NCBI GenBank assembly: GCA_044338315.1
Contig: JBIILU010000002.1
Span: forward strand, 15,987-79,986
Direction: 5' to 3'
DNA: 64,000 nucleotides
Source of the DNA: Microbacteriaceae bacterium
Lineage (GTDB): Bacteria > Actinomycetota > Actinomycetes > Actinomycetales > Microbacteriaceae
In this document: in pieces, positions 56,638 through 64,000 of the stretch
Layout: every line of letters begins with the position of its first letter
How positions within the stretch are numbered: position 1 is the first letter of the stretch
The notes under the pieces: model-generated
The model's input: only the letters and a program-made list of their open reading frames with translations
What the model was told of the DNA's origin: nothing
The model's database searches: none
Translations under genes and position numbers: made by a program

Positions 56638-57514
56638 TCGCCCAGCGCAGGGCGGCTTCCGCTGTTGCGTGTTCGAACACGAAACCGTCGTTCACCAGCG
56701 CGGTCGGTTCGATTCGCTGCGACGATTGCAACAGTTCCTGACCAGCGTCGCCCAAGAGCTTGAGCGCCAGTGACGGAATTCCGATCAGGTGCGGCCGGCG
56801 AACAATTCGCGCAAGCGTTGTCGTGATGGTGAGTGACGTCGCAGGTTCGGGCCCGACCAGGTTGACCGGCCCGCTGACCCTGGAATCGATGAGGTGAATG
56901 ATGGCGCGAACCTCGTCGCGCAGGGAAACCCACGGCCACCACTGAGTTCCCGTGCCGACTCGTCCACCGGCGAACAACATGGTCGACAGCAGCAGTGGCG
57001 TGAGCGCGCCGCCGCGACCCAGCACCAGCCCGGTGCGCACGAGCACGGTTCGAACCGTCGAGCTACTCGTCCATTTTTCCCAGTCAACCGTGACATCGGC
57101 AAGAAAACCTGTCCCGCGAGGCGACTTCTCGGTCAGGGCTTCGTCGCCGCGGTCCCCGTAAAACCCAACCGCCGATGCGTTGATGAGAACCTTCGGGGCA
57201 GTGCCCGCCTGATTAACGGCGTCGACGATCGTGGTCGTGGCCGCTCGACGGGATTCGACGATGTCGGCCCTAATCGCCGTGGTCCACGGCATCCGCGAAA
57301 TGCTTGATCCCGCAAGGTTGATGACGGCGTCGGCACCCGACAGCACCGCGGGATCCAGGTCGCCCGTCGTCGGATTCCACTGAACTTCGGTTTCGCTCGT
57401 GGGCGACCGTCGGACCAGTGTCGTCACCGACCAACCGAGGGCGCGAAGGTCGTGAACCAGTGCTCGTCCGATGAACCCCGAACCACCCGCAACAACTGCG
57501 TGCCTGACTGACAT
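56624..57514 (-). CDS. TIGR01777/YfcH-like NAD-dependent epimerase-family protein
   Basis: Rossmann motif VVAGGSGFIGRAL and a C-terminal DUF1731-like region. ATG 57514 has GGGAG 6 nt upstream; GTG 57520 is also possible. Confidence 0.83.
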   Translation of the reverse strand: MSVRHAVVAGGSGFIGRALVHDLRALGWSVTTLVRRSPTSETEVQWNPTTGDLDPAVLSGADAVINLAGSSISRMPWTTAIRADIVESRRAATTTIVDAVNQAGTAPKVLINASAVGFYGDRGDEALTEKSPRGTGFLADVTVDWEKWTSSSTVRTVLVRTGLVLGRGGALTPLLLSTMLFAGGRVGTGTQWWPWVSLRDEVRAIIHLIDSRVSGPVNLVGPEPATSLTITTTLARIVRRPHLIGIPSLALKLLGDAGQELLQSSQRIEPTALVNDGFVFEHATAEAALRWAISSR

Positions 57515-57543
57515 GTGCACCTCCCGCTTCGGTGCTTCGAAGT

Positions 57544-58065
57544 CTAGATGCTCGGGTCGATGCCGGGACGGCTCGGTGCAGCGTCTCCGCGCTTTTCAAG
57601 GCCGAACGTGATTCCGCGCCGAGCGAAGAGCAGGTAGATCTCGCAGCCTAGGCAATACCCGAAAGCCGCGTTGAGGAACGCGGCGATGAACGCTGCGGCC
57701 GCTGCGATGGGCAACGCGATGGCGACGCCAGCCAGGTACAGCAGCACACCGACGATGGTGACGACGAATCCGACTCCCTGGGCGAAGGTGGGCCCGGCGG
57801 GTGACTCAACGTACTCGGGAGCCTTCAGTCGCGGTTGAATAAATCTGCGGAAGAACAGCGCGTAGGGGTGATTCTGGACTCCGCCGAGGAAGCCCCACAG
57901 GAAGATCGCGGAAATGATGACGAGCAACAGATACCCCGGTGCCTCCAAGTCTATGGGCGCTGATGCGAGTCCGATGCCCAGCCAGACGGCGACGAGCAAA
58001 AGTACTGCGGTGATAGCTGCGCCGAAACGCGGGCCGCGTGGGTCGATTCCTGCTGTGGCACTCAT
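57544..58065 (-). CDS. DUF4395-like membrane protein
   Basis: 173 aa, four TMs, C-terminal FGYCLGCEIY motif. The ATG overlaps the upstream stop (ATGA). Confidence 0.72.
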   Translation of the reverse strand: MSATAGIDPRGPRFGAAITAVLLLVAVWLGIGLASAPIDLEAPGYLLLVIISAIFLWGFLGGVQNHPYALFFRRFIQPRLKAPEYVESPAGPTFAQGVGFVVTIVGVLLYLAGVAIALPIAAAAAFIAAFLNAAFGYCLGCEIYLLFARRGITFGLEKRGDAAPSRPGIDPSI

Positions 58066-58481
58066 ATGGTGATCTCCTCGGTCGGTTTGACGGTCTTTCC
58101 GTCGATCGCGTTGATGAAAACTTCGGCGGGGGCAACGCCGTGGATGCGCGCAAGAATGTGGCCGTCGGGGTCGACGATAAACGTGGTTGGCGTCGACCGC
58201 ACCGACAGGTTGTTCGCCAGATCGAGGTGCTCGACGGCGTCGACAACCACGTGCGCAACGTCACTGCGAAACAGTGCGATTTTTTCGAGGCGCGGTTTCA
58301 GTTGTGCGCACGGAGCGCACAGCTCCGTCGTGAATTGCAGGAGAGTCGTTTTGCCAGCAGCGCGGTAGTTCAACGAGATCGTTTGGCCCGCCACACCGAC
58401 GACGCGACCCTGGCCGCGCCTCCATAACAGCCCGAACACCGTCGCAACAGCGACGAGACCGGCGACAATAGCGAACTCCAT
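58062..58481 (-). CDS. Membrane-anchored thioredoxin-fold protein
   Basis: 139 aa. N-terminal TM MEFAIVAGLVAVATVFGLLW and CxxC in TTELCAPCAQLKP. Confidence 0.8.
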   Translation of the reverse strand: MEFAIVAGLVAVATVFGLLWRRGQGRVVGVAGQTISLNYRAAGKTTLLQFTTELCAPCAQLKPRLEKIALFRSDVAHVVVDAVEHLDLANNLSVRSTPTTFIVDPDGHILARIHGVAPAEVFINAIDGKTVKPTEEITI

Positions 58482-58588
58482 GACTCCACGGTATGCGTCA
58501 CGGCCTCCGTGCGCACATTCCGTTTCACAGTGTTACAGCGCCCGTGTGCCCCCAGAATCTAACGCCGTCGAATCGGTAGGCTAGGGGC

Positions 58589-59308
58589 ATGACCGATGTT
58601 CAATTCCGCAGTGATGTCACTGTTGAGCTCGTTCGTTCGTCCGCCCACGACAGCGATGTTCTGTTTGCCGCCCGCGTGTCCACCCAGGGCGAGCAGTCGC
58701 TCGCCGGCGCCGAGGACGAAGCCGGCGAACGCGACAGAGGGCTCATCAACTACCTCATGCGCGACCGCCACGGTTCGCCCTTCGAGCACAACTCGATGAC
58801 GTTTTATGTGCAGGCGCCGATCTTTGTTTTCCGCGAGTTCATGCGCCACCGCATGGCGTCCTACAACGAAGAGTCGGGCCGATACCGCGAACTGCGTCCC
58901 GTTTTCTATGTTCCCAACACCGACCGCAACCTCGTGCAAATCGGCAAGACCGGTCACTACGAGTTCATTCCCGGCAGCCCGGAACAATACGAGCTGGTCG
59001 ATCGCGAAGTTCGCCAGTCGTGTGAAAACGCCTACGAGTCTTACCAACGCATGCTCGAGGCCGGAATCGCTCGCGAGGTTGCCCGCGTTGTGCTTCCCGT
59101 CACCATCTATTCCTCGATGTACGTCACAATGAACTCCCGCGCACTGATGAACTTCCTGTCGCTGCGGACCATGCGCGAAGGAACACACTTTCCGTCGTTC
59201 CCGCAGCGCGAAATCGAAATGGTCGCCGAGAAAATGGAAAAGTTCTGGGAAGAACTTATGCCGATGACGGCCGAGACGTTCAACGCGAACGGTCGCGTAG
59301 CCCCCTAG
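58589..59308 (+). CDS. thyX: FAD-dependent thymidylate synthase
   Basis: ThyX signature RHRMASYNEESGRY. 239 aa. Confidence 0.93.
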   Translation: MTDVQFRSDVTVELVRSSAHDSDVLFAARVSTQGEQSLAGAEDEAGERDRGLINYLMRDRHGSPFEHNSMTFYVQAPIFVFREFMRHRMASYNEESGRYRELRPVFYVPNTDRNLVQIGKTGHYEFIPGSPEQYELVDREVRQSCENAYESYQRMLEAGIAREVARVVLPVTIYSSMYVTMNSRALMNFLSLRTMREGTHFPSFPQREIEMVAEKMEKFWEELMPMTAETFNANGRVAP

Positions 59309-59323
59309 CCAGAAGGAGGCGCA

Positions 59324-61000
59324 ATGCCTCGTTTTATCAGTGAACCTCGCCCGCTGGAATCGGGCTCACTTCGCATCATCCCGCTTGGCGGACTCGGCGA
59401 AATTGGTCGCAACATGACCGTATTCGAGTTCGACGGTCGGCTTCTGATCGTCGACTGCGGGGTGCTCTTCCCCGAAGAGACCCAACCCGGTGTCGACCTC
59501 ATCCTCCCCGACTTCTCGCCCATCAAAGACCGTCTCGACGACATCGTCGGTATAGTCCTCACCCACGGCCACGAAGACCACATCGGCGCTGTGCCGTACC
59601 TGCTTCGCCTGCGCAGTGACATCACGCTGTACGGCTCACGCCTGACCCTCGCCCTCATCGAGGCGAAATTGGCCGAGCACAAGATTCGCCCCGACCTCAA
59701 ACGCGTCGAAGACGGTCAGCGACTCAACGTTGGCCCGTTCGACCTGGAATTCATCGCCGTCAACCACTCCATCCCCGATGCGCTGGCCGTCGCAATTCGC
59801 ACGCCGGCCGGTCTGGTCATTGGCACGGGCGACTTCAAGATGGACCAGTTGCCGATGGATGGGCGACTGACCGACCTGCGCGCCTTCGCTCGTTTGGGTG
59901 AAGAGGGCGTCGACGTCTTCATGACCGACTCGACCAATGCTGACGTCCCCGGGTTCACGCCACTGGAAAAAGACATCGGTCCCGTCATCGAACAGGTGAT
60001 GCACCGCACCAAGGGCAAGGTCGTGGTCGCCTCCTTCGCCAGTCACGTGCACCGCGTGCAGCAGGTCATCGATGCGTCGGTAGCCAACGGTCGTCACGTC
60101 GTGTTCGTCGGCCGATCGATGGTTCGCAACATGGGCATTGCCAAAGAGCTCGGATACCTAACCATCCCCGACGGTGTCATCGTCGACCTCAAACAAGCCC
60201 TCGAAATGCCCGACGACCGCGTTGTCTTCATGTCGACGGGGTCACAGGGCGAGCCGATGGCCGTCCTCTCGCGCATCGCCAACAAGGAACACCAGATTGA
60301 AATAGGCGAAAGTGACACGGTCATCCTCGCGTCCTCGCTGATTCCCGGGAACGAGAACGCGGTGTATCGCGTGATCAACGGACTCATCGCCATCGGCGCG
60401 CACGTCGTCCACAAGGGCAACGCCAAGGTGCACGTTTCCGGGCACGCCGCCGCGGGGGAGTTGCTGTACTGCTACAACATCGTCAAGCCGCGCAACGTGT
60501 TCCCCATCCACGGCGAGACGCGCCACCTGTACGCCAACGCCGAACTGGCGATGCAAACGGGGGTTCCCAAGCAGAACACGATCATCGCCGAAAACGGTAC
60601 CGTCGTCGACCTTGCCGGGGGCGTAATGACGGTTGCCGGTCAACTCGACCTGGGATTCGTCTACGTTGACGGGTCCAGTGTTGGCGAAATCACCGAAGCC
60701 GACCTGAAAGACCGACTCATCCTCGCCGAAGAAGGATTCATCTCCATCTTCCTCGCGGTCGACAAGAACACGGGTGGCGTAGTTGTCGGCCCCGAAATTC
60801 ACGCGCGCGGATTCGCCGAAGACGACTCCGTGTTCGACGACGTCAAACCGCAGATCGTGCAGGCGCTCGCCGAAGCGGCCGCCAGCGGGGTGCGCGACAC
60901 CCAGCAGTACCAACAAGCGGTTCGCCGAGTCGTCGGGCGCTGGGTCAACACGCAACACCGTCGACGCCCCATGATCGTGCCCGTCGTCATCGAAGCGTAG
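59324..61000 (+). CDS. rnj: Ribonuclease J
   Basis: 558 aa with GAAGGAGG upstream and the metallo-beta-lactamase motif THGHEDHIGAVPYL. Confidence 0.95.
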   Translation: MPRFISEPRPLESGSLRIIPLGGLGEIGRNMTVFEFDGRLLIVDCGVLFPEETQPGVDLILPDFSPIKDRLDDIVGIVLTHGHEDHIGAVPYLLRLRSDITLYGSRLTLALIEAKLAEHKIRPDLKRVEDGQRLNVGPFDLEFIAVNHSIPDALAVAIRTPAGLVIGTGDFKMDQLPMDGRLTDLRAFARLGEEGVDVFMTDSTNADVPGFTPLEKDIGPVIEQVMHRTKGKVVVASFASHVHRVQQVIDASVANGRHVVFVGRSMVRNMGIAKELGYLTIPDGVIVDLKQALEMPDDRVVFMSTGSQGEPMAVLSRIANKEHQIEIGESDTVILASSLIPGNENAVYRVINGLIAIGAHVVHKGNAKVHVSGHAAAGELLYCYNIVKPRNVFPIHGETRHLYANAELAMQTGVPKQNTIIAENGTVVDLAGGVMTVAGQLDLGFVYVDGSSVGEITEADLKDRLILAEEGFISIFLAVDKNTGGVVVGPEIHARGFAEDDSVFDDVKPQIVQALAEAAASGVRDTQQYQQAVRRVVGRWVNTQHRRRPMIVPVVIEA

Positions 61001-61076
61001 GTTTGCCCGCCCCGAAACAGGCGTAACACCTGTGTCGCGCCGTATTGGCGGGGTAGTTCGCGGGTAATCTCGGGGC

Positions 61077-63824
61077 ATGGCTCGTCCAACGCGCCCCAAG
61101 GCGGGTAATTCGAGAGGCTCCGGCGGAACACGCCCGATGCCTCGCGTTTCGGCGAACCCCAAACCCCGCGGACCGAGCATTCTCTCGCGCATCTGGATGG
61201 GTCTTGCCCACGGAGCGGGAGCGACTTTCCGAATTTTTATGACCAACACGGTTGCCCCGGATGAGCGACGCGACGGCCTGCCGTTCGCGCTCATTGTGTT
61301 CGCCATCGTCGGTGCCCTGACCGAATGGTTCATGCCCGCCGTCGAATGGTTGCAGACGGTCGAGAACTACACCATTGGCGGATTCCTCGGTCGAATCGCG
61401 TATGGCATGCCCATTCTGCTCGTGTTGCTGGCCGCGCGGTTGTTCCGCCACCCGGTCGAGGAAGTCGACAACCGACGGATCGCACTCGGGCTCAGCGTGT
61501 TTGTGTTGTCGGCGTCGGCACTGGCGCACATCGCCGGGTCCACGCCTCAACCGTCCGACGGCGCGAAGGCGCTCGCCGGTGCTGGCGGTCTGCTCGGTTG
61601 GGTCGCCGCCGACTGGTTGACGCACGCGGCCACTCCGTGGACAAGCGTTCCCCTCTTCGTGCTCCTCATCGGTCTGGCTGCACTTATTGTCACCAAGACG
61701 CCGCCGTCGCGCATCCTCGACCGAATCCGCGAACTGTGGGCTCACCTGTTCCCGCACCGACCGCGCCCCGAGCCGGCTTCCGCATCGACGAGTGACCTGT
61801 CGGGAATGTCGAGCCACAGCGACCTGGGCGATGGCAAGCCGTGGTGGACGATTCGCAAGAACAAAGACAAGCCCTTTGACTCTCCGGTCGAACCAGACAA
61901 ATCGGCGACGGGAATCATTGCGGATATGTTCCGCGCTGAAGAGGCCGCCCGTCAGTTCAACGGAACCGGCGATGTGCCCGACGACGAAGCGCCGACCGAG
62001 GTTATCGCGCCGGCCGCGACCGAACCCGGCAACGACGTTGCCACGGGAACCCGGGTCACCCCCATCCGCAGCGGCCGCCCCTACGCACTTCCCAAAGACG
62101 CGATCCTCGGCAAGGGCGCACCGCCGAAGGGATCATCGCCCGTCAACGACACCGTCATCGCCGCCATCACCGAAGTCCTCAAACAGTTCGAGGTCAACGC
62201 GGCCGTCACCGGTTTCACGCGCGGCCCGTCCGTCACTCGGTACGAGGTCGAACTTGCCCCCGGCGTCAAGGTGGAACGTGTCACCGCGCTGACCCGAAAC
62301 ATCGAGTACGCGGTCGCGTCCAACGAGGTCACTTTCCTCACTCCTATTCCGGGCAAATCGGCCATCGGAATCGAAATTCCCAACCTCGACCGTGACATCG
62401 TGACCCTCGGTGACGTTCTGCGGTCGCCCGCCGCCATCGCGGCAACCCACCCGATGTCAATCGGTGTCGGTAAGGACGTCGAAGGTCAGTTCGTCGTCGC
62501 CAACCTCGCCAAGATGCCCCACCTACTTGTCGCGGGTGCGACGGGCGCCGGAAAGTCGTCGTTCGTCAATTCGATGATCACGTCCATCCTCATGCGGTCG
62601 ACCCCCGCCGAGGTTCGGCTAATCCTCGTCGACCCCAAGCGCGTCGAGCTGTCGGCGTACCAGGGTGTCCCGCACCTCATCACGCCGATCATCACGAACG
62701 CCAAGAAAGCCGCCGAAGCGTTGCAGTGGGTCGTCAAAGAGATGGACATGCGCTACGACGACCTGCACTCGTTCGGGTTCAAGCACGTCGATGATTTCAA
62801 CAAGGGCGTTGCGGACGGAACACTGAAACCCCTTCCCGGCTCCGAGCGCGTGCTGCGCGCCTACCCCTACCTCCTCGTCGTTGTCGACGAGCTCGCCGAC
62901 CTGATGATGGTCGCACCGCGTGACGTCGAAGAATCCGTGGTTCGCATCACCCAGCTCGCGCGCGCTGCCGGCATCCACCTCGTGTTGGCCACACAGCGCC
63001 CGTCCGTCGACGTCGTCACCGGGCTGATCAAGGCGAACGTTCCGTCGCGACTCGCGTTCGCGGTGTCGTCGATGACCGACTCGCGTGTCATCCTCGACAC
63101 TCAGGGTGCCGAGAAGCTCATCGGCCAGGGTGACGGGCTTTTCTTGCCGATGGGTGCGGCGAAGCCGATTCGTGTTCAGGGCGCGTGGGTTTCAGAGGAC
63201 GAGATTCGCGCGGTCGTCGAACACGTCAAGAAGCAAGCAGACCCCGACTATCGCGATGACGTGCAGGCCACTGTCGCCAAGCGTGAGGTGGACGCCGACA
63301 TCGGTGACGACCTCGACATCCTGTTGCAGGCCGTCGAGCTGGTTGTTGGCAGCCAGTTCGGGTCGACGTCGATGCTGCAGCGCAAACTGCGTGTTGGTTT
63401 CGCAAAGGCCGGTCGCTTGATGGACCTCATGGAATCCCGTGGCATCGTTGGCCCGTCCGAAGGGTCAAAGGCGCGCGAGGTGCTCGTGTTGGCCGACCAG
63501 TTGGCAACCGTCCTGGGGTCGCTTCGTGGCGATGTGGCGGCAACCCCGCCCGCCGTGGAATCTCCCGTCCGCTTTGAGGAACCGGCCGACAACCAGCCGA
63601 AGGTTTCGTTTGGCGACGAGGACGACCTTCCCGCACCGAAGCCGGCGAAAGAGAACGCCAACTATGAGCACGACTTCACCCTCAACGTCGATGACACACC
63701 GACAAAACGAACCAAGCGGTCCAGCAAGAAGGTGGACGACCCCATCGCGTCGCAGACGGATGGGTATCCTGAGGTTGAGGGCGAATCCGACGAGGACGCC
63801 TGGAACCTGACTGACCGGGAGTAG
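61077..63824 (+). CDS. ftsK: DNA translocase FtsK
   Basis: 915 aa with N-terminal TMs, a linker, Walker [12 protein letters not shown], Walker [11 protein letters not shown] and a C-terminal gamma-like domain ([22 protein letters not shown]). Confidence 0.95.
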   Translation: MARPTRPKAGNSRGSGGTRPMPRVSANPKPRGPSILSRIWMGLAHGAGATFRIFMTNTVAPDERRDGLPFALIVFAIVGALTEWFMPAVEWLQTVENYTIGGFLGRIAYGMPILLVLLAARLFRHPVEEVDNRRIALGLSVFVLSASALAHIAGSTPQPSDGAKALAGAGGLLGWVAADWLTHAATPWTSVPLFVLLIGLAALIVTKTPPSRILDRIRELWAHLFPHRPRPEPASASTSDLSGMSSHSDLGDGKPWWTIRKNKDKPFDSPVEPDKSATGIIADMFRAEEAARQFNGTGDVPDDEAPTEVIAPAATEPGNDVATGTRVTPIRSGRPYALPKDAILGKGAPPKGSSPVNDTVIAAITEVLKQFEVNAAVTGFTRGPSVTRYEVELAPGVKVERVTALTRNIEYAVASNEVTFLTPIPGKSAIGIEIPNLDRDIVTLGDVLRSPAAIAATHPMSIGVGKDVEGQFVVANLAKMPHLLVAGATGAGKSSFVNSMITSILMRSTPAEVRLILVDPKRVELSAYQGVPHLITPIITNAKKAAEALQWVVKEMDMRYDDLHSFGFKHVDDFNKGVADGTLKPLPGSERVLRAYPYLLVVVDELADLMMVAPRDVEESVVRITQLARAAGIHLVLATQRPSVDVVTGLIKANVPSRLAFAVSSMTDSRVILDTQGAEKLIGQGDGLFLPMGAAKPIRVQGAWVSEDEIRAVVEHVKKQADPDYRDDVQATVAKREVDADIGDDLDILLQAVELVVGSQFGSTSMLQRKLRVGFAKAGRLMDLMESRGIVGPSEGSKAREVLVLADQLATVLGSLRGDVAATPPAVESPVRFEEPADNQPKVSFGDEDDLPAPKPAKENANYEHDFTLNVDDTPTKRTKRSSKKVDDPIASQTDGYPEVEGESDEDAWNLTDRE

Positions 63825-63827
63825 ACC

Positions 63828-64000
63828 GTGACCGAATCGCGCCGCGTGGCTCGCCCCGGCGACTCGCTCGTTTCGAATTGGAACATCGCCAACCTCATCA
63901 CGATCGGTCGAATCCTGTTCGCCCCGATATTTGTCTGGCTGATTGTGATCGACCCGAGCGGGCCGTGGCGCTGGCTGGCGCTCGTCCTGTTTATCGCGGC
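63828..64000 (+). CDS. pgsA: CDP-diacylglycerol--glycerol-3-phosphate 3-phosphatidyltransferase, 3'-truncated by the window edge
   Basis: GTG 63828, 3 nt after the ftsK stop. NIANLITIGRILFAPIFVWL matches the CDP-alcohol phosphatidyltransferase N-terminus. ftsK-pgsA order. Confidence 0.8.
   Translation, partial: MTESRRVARPGDSLVSNWNIANLITIGRILFAPIFVWLIVIDPSGPWRWLALVLFIA

Noticed and set aside
1-64000. Search for tRNA, rRNA, CRISPR, IS elements, integrases and prophage genes
   Set aside because: The intergenic gaps are all under 290 nt and none showed cloverleaf-like arms or rRNA-like sequence. I recognised no transposase, integrase or phage structural motifs in any frame. The accessory blocks therefore cannot be called mobile elements on present evidence.

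Overview
High-GC actinobacterial chromosomal segment. Gene content and an actinorhodopsin suggest an aquatic Microbacteriaceae-like organism, but the taxon cannot be verified here. I call 62 protein-coding genes, several hairpin terminators, one operator cluster and one duplicated 3'-end cassette. I found no rRNA, tRNA, CRISPR array, transposase, integrase or phage genes. All family names come from motifs read by eye in the supplied translations; no searches were run.

The window follows the conserved actinobacterial housekeeping backbone: rpsB-tsf-pyrH-frr-cdsA ... cysteine desulfurase-mnmA-dxr-site-2 protease-ispG-proS-nusA-ylxR-infB-rbfA ... rpsO-pnp-M16 peptidase ... thyX-rnj-ftsK-pgsA. 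Four accessory blocks interrupt it:
(1) 24.3-38.7 kb: a DUF2207 protein, three acidic LAxTG/LxxTG wall-anchored surface proteins, an SNF2 helicase, a NUDIX hydrolase, a tightly coupled minus-strand operon (SRA-like/HNH endonuclease, secreted DUF1524 nuclease, orphan adenylating enzyme, surface protein) and an orphan 479-aa protein.
(2) 40.2-43.2 kb: BlaI/M56 regulators divergent from a PCu(A)C copper chaperone and a Tat-exported DyP peroxidase.
(3) 46.2-50.5 kb: an actinorhodopsin island inserted between pnp and the M16 peptidase.
(4) 51.9-58.5 kb: a glycosyl/pyruvyl-transferase cluster plus a small redox module.

The backbone genes rimP, truB, ribF, dapB and dapA are absent from their usual positions. 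The best candidates for something undescribed are the nuclease-ligase-surface protein operon (32.4-36.4 kb) and the 479-aa protein with a RelE/ParE-like C-terminus (37.2-38.7 kb). Both are hypotheses only. Most long antisense ORFs in the six-frame track are high-GC artefacts.
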